Notes: generated from the sequence alone by a model not told the origin. Numbered from the stretch's first letter, positions 8,856 to 18,443 are shown. The stretch: DNA of 64,000 bases from Candidatus Fermentithermobacillaceae bacterium (GCA_012841375.1 DUUV01000002.1:17828-81827); one strand, 5' to 3'. Translations and numbers: made by a program.

Positions 8856-9440
8856 TTATCTCCCGTTCCGTTCGTAGCGGCGTTCCGAATCGTCGCTATG
8901 GACGATCACCGTCCTGCCTTCGCCGCGATGACCCTCTCCCGGCTCATGGTCACGCTCCTGTCCCCTATCCCTCTTCCTGAGAAGCCCCTTGACCCGTCCG
9001 GCGATTTCCCCTGCCCCTTCGCGGCCGCCGACTGCGGAGATCAGCTTATCCAAGAGTTCCGGTGCCTCATCGAGTAACCGGTCGTAGATGGCCTGGTTGT
9101 CCACAGGTATGAATCTCACTTTCGTTGGCCCAACCACCAAGAAACCTACCGGCCTCACCGTGACTCCCGCGCCTGAACCGCCGGTGAAAGGCATGGAGCC
9201 AAGGTCACCTTCCGTCCCGTAATCTTCCTCTTGACCCTGACTTCCGCCGGCGCCTCTTGAGCCTTGAGCGCCTTCATCGCCGCCTCCCGCCACAAAGCCA
9301 AAGGACACCCTGGACACGGGTACTATCACTGTCCCGTCCTTTGTCTCAACAGGCTCGCCAACCACCGTGTTTACGTCGACCATGGACTTTAGGCTCTCCA
9401 TGGTCGTCTTCATCAGGCTTTCAATTGGGTGTCCCGTCAT
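8856..9440 (-). CDS. ytfJ: Sporulation protein YtfJ/GerW family, with an unusual charged C-terminal extension
   Basis: MTGHPIESLMKTTMESLKSMVDVNTVVGEPVETKDGTVIVPVSRVSFGFVAGGG matches YtfJ. ATG at 9440 with AAGGAGG 8 nt upstream. The C-terminal ~45 aa are rich in R/E/D/G/H. Confidence 0.75.
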   Translation of the reverse strand: MTGHPIESLMKTTMESLKSMVDVNTVVGEPVETKDGTVIVPVSRVSFGFVAGGGDEGAQGSRGAGGSQGQEEDYGTEGDLGSMPFTGGSGAGVTVRPVGFLVVGPTKVRFIPVDNQAIYDRLLDEAPELLDKLISAVGGREGAGEIAGRVKGLLRKRDRGQERDHEPGEGHRGEGRTVIVHSDDSERRYERNGR

Positions 9441-9479
9441 CAGAAGAACCTCCTTGCTTTCACAATCCACCGGGTCACT

Positions 9480-10184
9480 TTAGTATTCCACGCTCTTCTG
9501 AGAAGATAGCCCGGTCTTCGCTCTTACAGGTCGCGGACCGAGCAATAGATGCCAAGTCTTTCCAGACACGTAGAGCATGGGGGCTAAGGCGAAGGAGATC
9601 TCAATCTCGGCGGAAAAGGAGAAATGGGCTCCGCCGAAAACCGGGTCCATACGTACGAGAGGTCTTTTGCGAAAGCGGGCTCCACGCCGCGCGGCAACAC
9701 TCACCAAGATGCCCGTCAACATGTTCGCGGCTCCGCATATAATCGCCGCTTCATAGGCGTCGCCGGTCCCGGCTTTCCCGGTGATCTTGACCCTCTCGAA
9801 GGTCACTTCGCTCATGATGAGGGCCGCGGCTTCTTTCATAGCCGGGTAACGGCTGCAAAACGCCTCGATTGAGTTCCGCGCCTGCCTCAATGTACCGGTG
9901 AGAGATCCTCCTTCATGATCGCCGGCACTCTCGGGCCCCTCTTTGGGCGCGGAAGCACTTGAGGACGTGGCGTTCGGGTCGGCTCCGGTCTCTTGTCTTG
10001 TGAGCCTTTTGGAGACCGGGGGCAGCTTCAGGTACCACGGGACCACGGGCGGCTTAATCCAGACCCTCGCAAGGAGCCTGCCCTGCAGGAGCTCCGCTCG
10101 CACCTTCACTTTGACGGGAAAAAACGCCCCAATCGCCAGAATAAGCGCCACAGAGAATAGAACCGCCGGGACGAAGACCCGCAT
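9480..10184 (-). CDS. ytfI: YtfI-like protein (DUF2953 family), membrane-anchored
   Basis: N-terminal TM helix. Position immediately upstream of ytfJ matches B. subtilis ytfI-ytfJ. Family assignment rests on context and general architecture. Confidence 0.55.
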   Translation of the reverse strand: MRVFVPAVLFSVALILAIGAFFPVKVKVRAELLQGRLLARVWIKPPVVPWYLKLPPVSKRLTRQETGADPNATSSSASAPKEGPESAGDHEGGSLTGTLRQARNSIEAFCSRYPAMKEAAALIMSEVTFERVKITGKAGTGDAYEAAIICGAANMLTGILVSVAARRGARFRKRPLVRMDPVFGGAHFSFSAEIEISFALAPMLYVSGKTWHLLLGPRPVRAKTGLSSQKSVEY

Positions 10185-10243
10185 CTACTCTTTCCTCCCC
10201 GGTAGTAGCATGTCCGCAAACCGGGAAGATCGCGCAAGGCGGG

Positions 10244-10801
10244 TTAGGGCTCAGGCACCAGTTTCAGAGTCTCGTCGCTCTCCGCGTCAAGCGGCGGCAA
10301 GTCTTCGATCGAGTTAAGACCCGCTTTTTTCAGAAATTCATCTGTGGTCTTGTACAGTTTGGGGCGCCCCAGTGTCTTCTTCCTGCCTGCCTCTTGGATG
10401 AGACCCTTTTCCAGCAAGGTCTCAAGGCTGGCTTCGGGGTTCACTCCCCTTGCCGCCTCGATGTCCTGTCTGGTGACAGGTTGCCTGTAGGCGATAACGG
10501 CCAGGGTCTCGACGGTACCCCTGGACAGCGACATGGCGATCTTTCGCGAGAGGGCTTTTTCAATAAACGAAGAGTATTCCGGGCGGGTGACGAGCATGAG
10601 TCCCCCGGCGACTCGCTCCAGCATTATCCCCCTGCCCTCATACAGCTTGTCTAGCGCAGACGCGGCCTCACGCACCTCGGCCTCAGTCGTCCCAATGGCT
10701 TCAGCCAGGCGGGCGACGGGCACGGGTTCGTCCGCGGAGAACAGGATGGCCTCAAGGAGGGCAGGAATTGACATAGACTTTGGGGCGTACCCTTCTCTCA
10801 C
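10244..10801 (-). CDS. scpB: Segregation and condensation protein B
   Basis: ...PALLEAILFSADEPV...ETLAVIAYRQPVTRQDIEAARGV... ScpB winged-helix pair. Overlaps scpA by 4 nt. Confidence 0.85.
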   Translation of the reverse strand: MREGYAPKSMSIPALLEAILFSADEPVPVARLAEAIGTTEAEVREAASALDKLYEGRGIMLERVAGGLMLVTRPEYSSFIEKALSRKIAMSLSRGTVETLAVIAYRQPVTRQDIEAARGVNPEASLETLLEKGLIQEAGRKKTLGRPKLYKTTDEFLKKAGLNSIEDLPPLDAESDETLKLVPEP

Positions 10802-11478
10802 CGGGCTTCTACCTCCTCGGGTCTAATCTGTTCTCTGTCAGGCGAGAACACGATCTCGCCGAACAACGACCGCTGTCGAGCATATAACCTGCGCCTCCGG
10901 ACCAGCTCGAGAAAGGCGAGGAAGTTCAGGATGGCGTCCATTTTGGTCTCTCCCAGGAACCGTGAGAACCTGAGGACGCCGCCTCTGGAAGCCAGACGCC
11001 GCACTTCTCGCCAGAAGTCCCGGAGGTGGCTCAGGAAGCTCCAGCGGGGCAGCACAATCCTCCGCTCAGCCGGTACTTCCTTGACCTTCACGGCCAGCAT
11101 CGCCTTTTTGAGGTCCTGGGGATCGATGCTTGAGACCTCCACACGGCGCTTGTCTCCAATGGGAACGGCATTCCCCCGGGTGAACTTGGACTGCGCCCTC
11201 CTCATGGCTTCCCTCACCCATGAAGCGGCCTCAAGGACCTCCTCCGGCTCCATCACCGCGAGCCTTGTGGCTGCCTCCAGAGAGCCGCCGTCTTCCAGGG
11301 CTTCCTCCTGGGACTCGAACTCTTCGGCCTGAGGGTTGGGCAGGAGCCAGCGCACCTTGAAGAGGACCAGTTCGGAAGCGTACGACAGATCCCGTACCGA
11401 CTCCTCCAGAGGGATGGCGCCGGATTCAACCTGTTCTCTGAGCCGCCTCACCAGCGGAGCCAACCGGAGGATATCCAT
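10798..11478 (-). CDS. scpA: Segregation and condensation protein A
   Basis: C-terminal ...MDAILNFLAFLELVRRRRL... matches the ScpA kleisin. Upstream of scpB. Confidence 0.8.
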   Translation of the reverse strand: MDILRLAPLVRRLREQVESGAIPLEESVRDLSYASELVLFKVRWLLPNPQAEEFESQEEALEDGGSLEAATRLAVMEPEEVLEAASWVREAMRRAQSKFTRGNAVPIGDKRRVEVSSIDPQDLKKAMLAVKVKEVPAERRIVLPRWSFLSHLRDFWREVRRLASRGGVLRFSRFLGETKMDAILNFLAFLELVRRRRLYARQRSLFGEIVFSPDREQIRPEEVEAR

Positions 11479-11481
11479 AGA

Positions 11482-12141
11482 CTAAACCGGGAACAGGAGA
11501 AGAGATATCCGCAGGGCGACCCGGTACACTATCGACATGTAGGCTTGAATCAGCGGGTGGATGATCCCGCCTACAATTCCGAGATACACGAGTCCCATAA
11601 GGATCAAGAAGCCGTATCTCTCGACAAAGTCCCAGAGCCCCTCCATCGAATACGGGAGGTAAACTCTGAGGATCTTCGAACCGTCAAGCGGCGGAAGCGG
11701 GATCAAGTTGAAAAACGCAAGGGCAGCGTTGACTATAGCCCCTGACCGGAGAATGTCTGTCAAGTAGTTCCACGGAGTGCCGGCAAGGCGCACCTTGGTG
11801 AACACCAGCACGGCTACGGTCTCCAATAAGAAGGCTGCCAGGAGGTTCGCCACGGGACCGGCGAGCGCCACCTTGGCCATGTCCTTTCGCGGATTTCTGA
11901 GACGGTAAGGATCGACCGGAACGGGCCTGGCCCACCCGAAACCGAAGACCAATAGCATCAGGGCTCCGATTGGGTCCAGGTGCGCCCAGGGCTCGACGGT
12001 CATCCGCCCTGCCCTGGCTGCGGTATCGTCGCCCAAACGGTATGCCATTCTGGCATGCGCATATTCATGTATGCTAATCCCCAGAAGGAATCCGGGTACT
12101 CTGAGGATCAAGTCTACGATTCTGAGAGCTCTCAGAGTCAA
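11482..12141 (-). CDS. Site-2 protease family (peptidase M50) membrane metalloprotease
   Basis: HEYAHA (HExxH) in a TM helix, with a downstream LDG motif (NLIPLPPLDGSK). Confidence 0.75.
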   Translation of the reverse strand: MTLRALRIVDLILRVPGFLLGISIHEYAHARMAYRLGDDTAARAGRMTVEPWAHLDPIGALMLLVFGFGWARPVPVDPYRLRNPRKDMAKVALAGPVANLLAAFLLETVAVLVFTKVRLAGTPWNYLTDILRSGAIVNAALAFFNLIPLPPLDGSKILRVYLPYSMEGLWDFVERYGFLILMGLVYLGIVGGIIHPLIQAYMSIVYRVALRISLLLFPV

Positions 12142-12157
12142 ACCTCCCTCGTGGGCC

Positions 12158-13375
12158 CTAACGGGAGCCGAGCGTAACGTCCATGGTCATCTTACGGTCG
12201 CCCCTCCAGAGCTCAACGGTCACTCGGTCGCCGGGCTTTTGATTAAGTATTAATTGTGACAGGTCTGAACCGGAAACCGGCACACCCTGGACGGCGACGA
12301 TGAGGTCGCCGCCTACCTGAAACTCCAGTCCCGCTACCATAACCTTCTTTGTCCAGCCTTTTATCCCTGCTCGTTCTCCGGGACTTCCGGGCTCCACTTC
12401 CGTCACCAAGGCACCCATCTCCGACGGAAGGTCCAGAGCGGAGATAACCTCATCGCCGTAGGCCTTCCTCAGCGCGTCCAGAGGTAAGTAGGAGATGCCC
12501 ATGTAGGCGCGTCGCACTTGGCCCGTGGATATGATCTCGGGGACGACCTCGGCCACTACGTTGCAGGGAATGGCGAACCCGATCCCGCTGGCTGAGTCTA
12601 TGATAGCGGTGACAACGCCGACGACTTCGCCGCTTGAATTCAGTAACGGCCCGCCGCTGTTGCCGGGGTTTACTGCCGCGTCGGTCTGGAGGAGGTTCTC
12701 AACGGTGAAGTCGTTGACTCCCGGTTTGGTCCTGCTCTCAATGGGCAGTGACCGGTCCTTGGCGCTGATGACTCCGGTGGTCACCGTCGGAGACCTGTCG
12801 AGACCCATGTTTGACCCGGTGGCCAGAGGCATCCCTATGGCGATGGCCTTCTGCCCCACCTTGATTCCGTCATAGTCGGCCAGGCTGAGGGCCACGGCGT
12901 CACCGGCCTCCACATTGACTTTGAGTACGGCCAAGTCCGTCAGCCTGTCCGAGCCCACTACAGACGCCTTGTAGACCCTGCCTGAGTGAGTGTGGACCAG
13001 GATATGAGACGCGTCCTCAATCACGTGGTAGTTGGTCACGATGTGGCCGCTCCTATCTACGAAAAAACCCGAACCGTTGCCCCTCCTGGAGAAAGAGCCC
13101 AAGACCGACGAGCCGCCGGTGGTCTCTTCGGTAGAGACCATGACCACCCCGTGCTTAACCGCGTTGTATACCGAAATGGTGTTGTCTTCATCCTGGACGC
13201 GCCAGACGTGCTCGTTATCGTGCTCAGGCTTTGTGGCAGTGGGAATGCCTGGGTCCGGCGAGGCACCTGCCGAAAGGTTCCGACCAAGGGTCGCCAGGCC
13301 TCCCAGGACCAGACCCAGGATGGCAAAGATGATCAACCAAGTCTCGGCCCTCGCGGTCAGCGGAGTCTTCTTCAT
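12158..13375 (-). CDS. htrA: HtrA/DegP-family serine protease (S1C) with C-terminal PDZ domain
   Basis: Catalytic-triad contexts (HVIEDASH...DLAVLKV...GNSGGPLLN). N-terminal TM anchor. PDZ region ...GALVTEVEPGSPGERAGIK... Confidence 0.85.
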   Translation of the reverse strand: MKKTPLTARAETWLIIFAILGLVLGGLATLGRNLSAGASPDPGIPTATKPEHDNEHVWRVQDEDNTISVYNAVKHGVVMVSTEETTGGSSVLGSFSRRGNGSGFFVDRSGHIVTNYHVIEDASHILVHTHSGRVYKASVVGSDRLTDLAVLKVNVEAGDAVALSLADYDGIKVGQKAIAIGMPLATGSNMGLDRSPTVTTGVISAKDRSLPIESRTKPGVNDFTVENLLQTDAAVNPGNSGGPLLNSSGEVVGVVTAIIDSASGIGFAIPCNVVAEVVPEIISTGQVRRAYMGISYLPLDALRKAYGDEVISALDLPSEMGALVTEVEPGSPGERAGIKGWTKKVMVAGLEFQVGGDLIVAVQGVPVSGSDLSQLILNQKPGDRVTVELWRGDRKMTMDVTLGSR

Positions 13376-13496
13376 CGGTCCCCTCCGGTCGGAGCTTATA
13401 CGTACGTCTCTAGTCTACAATGGTTTTGCCCGCTTTTCCAGGCATGTCCCAGAATACTACCCACGGAAGGGGATGCCGGAACCCTGCCGGCAAGCG

Positions 13497-13847
13497 CTAA
13501 CCCTTCGGGTTGAAGAGCACTGCCATCAGGTAACCGAATATGATCGCGGCCATCAGGCCCGAAGCGGTCGCGCGAAGTCCTCCCGTAAACAGCCCGAACC
13601 ACCCCAGGCGTCCCGCGTCCTCAAGCATCCCCGTTACCAGGCTATGACCGAATCCGAAGAGCGGCGTAGCCGCCCCTGCCCCGGCGAAATCAACCAGGGG
13701 TCCATACAGGCCAAGCCCTGACAGCACGGCGCCTATACTGACGGCCGAAACCATGACGAAGGCCGGGTTGGTCTTGGTTGCATCGACAACGATCTGGGCC
13801 AGAGCGCAAAGCGCCCCCCCAACCAAGAAGGCATACAAGAGAGTCAT
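13497..13847 (-). CDS. spoVAEB: Stage V sporulation protein AEB
   Basis: MTLLYAFLVGGALCALAQIVVD... matches the SpoVAC/SpoVAEB family. Last gene of spoVAC-AD-AEB. Confidence 0.75.
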   Translation of the reverse strand: MTLLYAFLVGGALCALAQIVVDATKTNPAFVMVSAVSIGAVLSGLGLYGPLVDFAGAGAATPLFGFGHSLVTGMLEDAGRLGWFGLFTGGLRATASGLMAAIIFGYLMAVLFNPKG

Positions 13848-14875
13848 GATCCACCTTCCCCCCATTCAGGGTAGACCAGTGAAACCGCGTGGGCTACGGA
13901 CGGAATGGACTCGGCCTGCTGGCAGGTGGTCGGACTGTGCAAGGCTCCGGTCGGCACCAATAGCACCCTCTTCAATTTGCCCGACCGGACTTCGGGATAT
14001 ATCTTCGCGGCGAACACCGACGCCACGCATCCGCAGCCTGAGGCTCCGGAGCATATCTCAGGTTCCATGTCGTAGATCATGAGGCCCGTATCTTGGTGGA
14101 CCCCTTCCAGATCGATGCCGCGTTTCTTGAGAAGGTAGAGGGCGGCCTTGGAACCCACCCTGCCCAGATCCCCCGAGAATATGGCGTCATAGTCTTCGGG
14201 GGCTCGCCCCATGTCGCTGAGATGACGCCAGATGGTGTCGGCGAACGCCGGGGCCATGGCCGACCCCATGTCATTGGCGTCTGAGATACCGTAGTCGGTC
14301 ACCCGCCCCACCGTGACGGCCTCGACCTTAGGGCCATATCCTTGCGAAGACAGGACGACCGCGGCAGCGGCCGTGACCGTCCACTGGCTTGGAGGGACCC
14401 GCTGGTATCCGAATTCCGTTGGATACCTGTACTGCCTTTCAGCGGTGTCGTGGTGGCTGGAGGAAGCGGCAAGCACGTTCCGGGCAAATCCCCCGTGTAT
14501 GAGGAAGGAGCCCAGTGCAATTGCCTCGCCCATAGTGGAGCAAGCTCCGTATAGACCCAGGAAAGGTATATCCTTGTCCCGGGCAGTGAAGCTGGAAGAG
14601 ATGATCTGGTTCAGGAGATCTCCGGCCAGGAAAAAGTCTACATGAGCATCTTCAATGCCGGCTTTGGCCTGAGCCAGATCGGTGGCCTGCCTCAGCATTT
14701 TCGTCTCGGCCTTCTCCCAAGACATCTCGCCGCACAGGGTATCTTTGCACACAAGGTCGAAGAGCGGGCCCAGAGGGCCTTTGCCTTCCCTGGGTCCAAC
14801 CACCGATGCGGCAGAGATTATGGCCGGCATGGCCGAAAATACGCAAGTAGAAGCGCCCCTTCGGTTCAGAGTCAA
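13844..14875 (-). CDS. spoVAD: Stage V sporulation protein AD (thiolase-like fold)
   Basis: ...VFSAMPAIISAASVVGPREGKGPLGPLFD... matches the SpoVAD N-terminus. 343 aa. Confidence 0.85.
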   Translation of the reverse strand: MTLNRRGASTCVFSAMPAIISAASVVGPREGKGPLGPLFDLVCKDTLCGEMSWEKAETKMLRQATDLAQAKAGIEDAHVDFFLAGDLLNQIISSSFTARDKDIPFLGLYGACSTMGEAIALGSFLIHGGFARNVLAASSSHHDTAERQYRYPTEFGYQRVPPSQWTVTAAAAVVLSSQGYGPKVEAVTVGRVTDYGISDANDMGSAMAPAFADTIWRHLSDMGRAPEDYDAIFSGDLGRVGSKAALYLLKKRGIDLEGVHQDTGLMIYDMEPEICSGASGCGCVASVFAAKIYPEVRSGKLKRVLLVPTGALHSPTTCQQAESIPSVAHAVSLVYPEWGEGGS

Positions 14876-14892
14876 CCTACCGCCCCCGGAAG

Positions 14893-15342
14893 TTACTTGA
14901 ACACGTACAATCGGAGAATCGAGACCAGGAGAGCCGATAGGGAGCCGTACACGATCACCGGTCCGGCGACCTGGAACATCCGCGCCGCGACACCCAGTAC
15001 GAAGCCCTCGCGCTTGTACTCCATGGCCGGAGATACCACAGAGTTTGCGAAGCCGGTTATGGGCAACGCCGCTCCCATGCCCGCGAAACGCCCTATTTCA
15101 TCGTACACACCGAGCCCGGTCAGAAACGCGCCCAAGAACACCATGGCCGTTGACGTCATGGCGGCCGCCTGGGTCTTCGGCATCTTGGTCAACAGGTAGT
15201 CCAGGATAACCTGAGCAACCGTGCAGATAGCGCCTCCGACCAAGAAAGCCATGAGGGTGTTGCGCAGGATGGGCCGTGGGGTGTGAAACGATTGGGCAAG
15301 CCGGTTGTACTCATCCCTCTCTCTCGTCCCCGGTCGGGTCAT
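14893..15342 (-). CDS. spoVAC: Stage V sporulation protein AC
   Basis: ...AFLVGGAICTVAQVILDYL...FANSVVSPAMEYKREG... matches SpoVAC. Confidence 0.85.
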   Translation of the reverse strand: MTRPGTRERDEYNRLAQSFHTPRPILRNTLMAFLVGGAICTVAQVILDYLLTKMPKTQAAAMTSTAMVFLGAFLTGLGVYDEIGRFAGMGAALPITGFANSVVSPAMEYKREGFVLGVAARMFQVAGPVIVYGSLSALLVSILRLYVFK

Positions 15343-15545
15343 TGTGGATCGTCCAGGTAAGCTACCTTCACATCGGCCTTATATTCCGTGATCGCGCCGT
15401 CCTTGACATTGGCGGTCCAGTTCAGTACCTCGACACCCACAATGCTCCCGAGGCGCGAAGAGGCTTCCCTCACGGCCTGGTTGGCCGCGTCGCTCCAGTC
15501 CTTGTTAGACGTCCCTACAAGCTCAAGCACCTTGACTACAGGCAT
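15339..15545 (-). CDS. Dodecin-family (flavin-binding) protein
   Basis: MPVVKVLELVGTSNKDWSDAANQAVREASSRLGSIVGVEVLNWTANVKDGAITEYKADVKVAYL is dodecin-like. ATG at 15545 with AAGGAG 8 nt upstream. Confidence 0.6.
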   Translation of the reverse strand: MPVVKVLELVGTSNKDWSDAANQAVREASSRLGSIVGVEVLNWTANVKDGAITEYKADVKVAYLDDPQ

Positions 15546-15581
15546 GAGAATCACTCCTTGAGGTTCGTGTTGGAGACACGC

Positions 15582-16301
15582 CTAGGGTAGTATCCCCTCT
15601 TGAGCCGAGAGGTACACCCGGAGCCTGGCCAGCGCGGCCTTCTCCAGCCTGCATACTTGCGCTTGAGACACACCCAGTTCCCGTGCCAGCTCGGTTTGAG
15701 TCTTGCCGTGAAAAAACCTGCCTTCAACGATGTGCCGCACGTGATCGTCCAGCATTCCCAGGGCGTCTTTCAGTTCGATGGAATCGGCCTGGGCGCCTGG
15801 GGACCCGTGATCGGTGGTCTTGTCCGGCCTCGTGCCGTAAGAAGCGATGTCTTCAAGGTACCCGGGCGGAGTCGTCGCCTCCATCGCTTCCACGAGAGTA
15901 TCCACGGCAACGTCGAGTTCCTGAGCCACTTCGGCAAGAGGCGGGTCACACCCGGTCTCGGCTCTCCGCCGGTCGATGACACGGCCGGCCCGGTAAGCGA
16001 TCTCCTTGAGACGCCGCTCTACTTTGATGGGAGTATTGTCCCTCAGGTAGCGCCTGATCTCCCCCAAAATGTGGGGCACGGCATAGGTAGAGAACATGAC
16101 TCCGTAGGAAGGGTCATACCGGTCTACCGCTTTGAGAAGGCCAATGGCCCCCAACTGGTAGAGGTCATCCCTCTCTAAGAGCCCTGTATACTTGCGAAGG
16201 CAAGCCCAGATAAGGCCTGTGTTGGCCTGGAACAGGGCTTCGCGGGCTTCCTTGTCGCCTTGCCTCGCCCTCTGGAAAAGCGCGCAGTCTACTGCCTGCA
16301 C
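15582..16301 (-). CDS. sigF: RNA polymerase sporulation sigma factor F
   Basis: Sigma-70 regions 2-4 (…LIWACLRKY…, …DLYQLGAIGLLKAVDRYD…, …TQTELARELGVSQAQVCRLEKAAL…). Follows spoIIAA-spoIIAB. Confidence 0.9.
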   Translation of the reverse strand: MQAVDCALFQRARQGDKEAREALFQANTGLIWACLRKYTGLLERDDLYQLGAIGLLKAVDRYDPSYGVMFSTYAVPHILGEIRRYLRDNTPIKVERRLKEIAYRAGRVIDRRRAETGCDPPLAEVAQELDVAVDTLVEAMEATTPPGYLEDIASYGTRPDKTTDHGSPGAQADSIELKDALGMLDDHVRHIVEGRFFHGKTQTELARELGVSQAQVCRLEKAALARLRVYLSAQEGILP

Positions 16302-16720
16302 TGCCGCTTGACCATCCTGACCAGCGTCCCTTTTTCGGGTTGAGACTCCAGGAAGAGGCTGTCCATGAAAGACTCCATGAATGAAAAGCCGAGGCCCATA
16401 TGCTCAGGGATAGTGGAGTAACCCGGTTCCTTTGCCTTGGCGATGTCGCCGATGCCGGTGCCGTGGTCCATTACCTCTACCACCAGCTCTCCCCGGCCGG
16501 ATTCATTTTCCTCATGAATAGCCCTGACGGTAACCTCGCCCGTTCCATCCGGATAGGCGTGGAGGACCGAATTTGAGACCGCTTCTGAGACCGCGACCTT
16601 GATCTCCTCGATCTCCGCAACGGAAAAACCTTGGGAAGCAGCGAAGGTCGCCACAGCGATCCTGGCCACGGCGACATTGGAGGGGATTGAGACAAGCGTG
16701 AGACGCATCTCGTTCTTCAC
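16289..16720 (-). CDS. spoIIAB: Anti-sigma F factor (GHKL serine kinase)
   Basis: MKNEMRLTLVSIPSNVAVARIAVATFAASQGFS...ELVVEVMDHGTGI... matches SpoIIAB. Confidence 0.9.
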   Translation of the reverse strand: MKNEMRLTLVSIPSNVAVARIAVATFAASQGFSVAEIEEIKVAVSEAVSNSVLHAYPDGTGEVTVRAIHEENESGRGELVVEVMDHGTGIGDIAKAKEPGYSTIPEHMGLGFSFMESFMDSLFLESQPEKGTLVRMVKRQCRQ

Positions 16721-17076
16721 CTGGGAGCACCTCCTTGGAGGGCCGAACCAATGACCCGTAAAGCATCCCTGTCTGTCCTCTCAGACGGGAGGACAGAGGC
16801 GAGCCCGGCCATCTCCAGCATGGACTGGACTTTGGGAGGAACCGCCGTGAGTATCATCTTGCCGCCACCCAACGTGACCTGGCGGTGACGGCCGAATATG
16901 GCGCCGAGTCCAGTCGAGTCAACGAAGTCCAACCCTTCAAGATTGAGAATGAGGTTTGGGGCCCCTGTTCTTCTGAGTTCCTCGTCCACTTTGTCCCTGA
17001 ACACGCCGGCTGAAGAAAGATCCAGCTCACCCGACATCCTGACTATCAGGCACGAAGGGGACCGGTGAAATGACAA
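16717..17076 (-). CDS. spoIIAA: Anti-sigma F factor antagonist (STAS domain)
   Basis: ...LIVRMSGELDLSSAGVFRDKV...LNLEGLDFVDSTGLGAIFG... matches SpoIIAA. Likely TTG start near 17076 (GAGGG 7 nt upstream). The ORF drawn from 17151 is too long. Confidence 0.8.
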   Translation of the reverse strand: MSFHRSPSCLIVRMSGELDLSSAGVFRDKVDEELRRTGAPNLILNLEGLDFVDSTGLGAIFGRHRQVTLGGGKMILTAVPPKVQSMLEMAGLASVLPSERTDRDALRVIGSALQGGAPR

Positions 17077-17111
17077 ATTCAAGCCCTCGCACCGTCCTTG
17101 GCAAAGATTTC

Positions 17112-17146
17112 CTTTCCATTCTACGGTCGCGAGGGCATTTCCTCTA
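17112..17146 (-). promoter_or_regulatory. Candidate sigma-H-type promoter for the spoIIA operon
   Basis: Minus strand reads AGGAAAT-15 nt-GAAT (AGGAAATgccctcgcgaccgtaGAATgg). This resembles the sigma-H consensus (AGGAwwT ... RnnGAAT) in the dacF-spoIIAA intergenic region. Confidence 0.3.
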
Positions 17147-17234
17147 GTCACGTCACGAAACTGTGATCCGGGTTGCCGGTCCCCGTCTCAGAACTCCCGA
17201 GAATCCCCGGTAGACTCACCGGCGGGACTTCCCT

Positions 17235-18443
17235 CTACCTGCCCACGGTAAACGCCCGAAAATACCTCATGGCGTAGTCCAGGAAACCTGCTCGCTCTAC
17301 GCTTTCCTTGGCGATCAGCGGTATCTGGGCTACCTTCTCACCATCGACATGGACGGTGATCGCTCCTACGGCGGCTCCCTCCACTACCGGGGCGACGACC
17401 TTTTGGACATCAACATATTGCTTGACCTCGCCTTTCTGCCCCCTCCTCAAAGTCACGGCGAATGGGCGCTCGGGGATGACCGTCACCGTATCCGCCTTGC
17501 CTTTGAGGACCCTCGCCTGGGCAACCACCTCGCCCGGGTCCAGGATGGGGAGAGACCGGAAATTCGCGAACGCCCAGTCCAGGAGGCGCGAAGCATCGGC
17601 AAGCCTCTGATCCGGTGTTTCGGCCCCCATGAGCACGACGATGAAACGGGAACCCTTTTCGTGGGCGGTTACCGATATGCAGTAGCCCGACTTGTTGGTG
17701 AACCCCGTCTTGAGGCCGTCGCAGCCGGGATACAAGAGGACCAGTTTATTGAAGTTCACGAGTTCGTTCTTTCCGCCGCGAAACGGCATCTGGTAGATCT
17801 TGGTGTAATCCAGTAGATGAGGGACTTGGGTTGCGGCCCTTGATAGAATGGCCAGGTCCATTGCGGTGGTCACATGGTTGTCGGCGTCCAGCCCGTGGGA
17901 GTTCTGGAAGGTTGTATCAACCATCCCCAGTTCCCTGGCTCTTTCGTTCATCCTGGCCACAAACGCTTCCTCGGTGCCCGAAATGTACTCGGCCAGTATC
18001 ACGGCTCCGTCGTTGGCGGACGCGACTGCCACGGCCTTGATCCACTCTTCCAGTTCCATTGTCTCTCCCGGTTCGGCCCAGACTTCAGTGCCTCCCATCT
18101 CCCAGGCGTTGGCCGAAGCGGTGACTTGGTCGCTCAAGGCGACTTTTCCCGCGGCCACATCCTCGAGGGTCAAAAGGAGCGTCATGATCTTGGTGACGCT
18201 GGCCGGGTGACGCTTTTCACGGGAGTTCTTCTCGAAGAGGACTTCGCCCGAGACGGCGTCCATCACCACGCAGGAAGGTGAGTCGCACCGGGGAGGCGGT
18301 ACCTCGGCCGGGGCAGCGTAGCCGGCCGTAACGGCAGGGACAAAGGCGAAGATGAGGGCCAAGACCGCCGGCATAACGGCGCGGGCCGCTATGCCATAGA
18401 AAAGCCTTGCGTACCGGGTCATGTTCATTTGGCGTTCCTCCAA
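17235..18443 (-). CDS. dacF: D-alanyl-D-alanine carboxypeptidase (S11 penicillin-binding protein)
   Basis: SVTK (SxxK) active-site motif and signal peptide. Position directly upstream of spoIIAA, as for B. subtilis dacF. Confidence 0.8.
   Translation of the reverse strand: MEERQMNMTRYARLFYGIAARAVMPAVLALIFAFVPAVTAGYAAPAEVPPPRCDSPSCVVMDAVSGEVLFEKNSREKRHPASVTKIMTLLLTLEDVAAGKVALSDQVTASANAWEMGGTEVWAEPGETMELEEWIKAVAVASANDGAVILAEYISGTEEAFVARMNERARELGMVDTTFQNSHGLDADNHVTTAMDLAILSRAATQVPHLLDYTKIYQMPFRGGKNELVNFNKLVLLYPGCDGLKTGFTNKSGYCISVTAHEKGSRFIVVLMGAETPDQRLADASRLLDWAFANFRSLPILDPGEVVAQARVLKGKADTVTVIPERPFAVTLRRGQKGEVKQYVDVQKVVAPVVEGAAVGAITVHVDGEKVAQIPLIAKESVERAGFLDYAMRYFRAFTVGR

Noticed and set aside
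8148-9077. Long plus-strand ORFs (e.g. 8148-9077 309 aa; 19848-20753 301 aa; 22323-23222 299 aa; 27471-28385 304 aa; 54483-55628 381 aa; 62016-62939 307 aa)
   Set aside because: They lie antisense to well-supported minus-strand genes (ku/ytfJ, ald, vorC, ptb, efp/pepP, gcvPB). They have no RBS, Arg/Pro/Gly-rich composition typical of high-GC shadow frames, and no family similarity.
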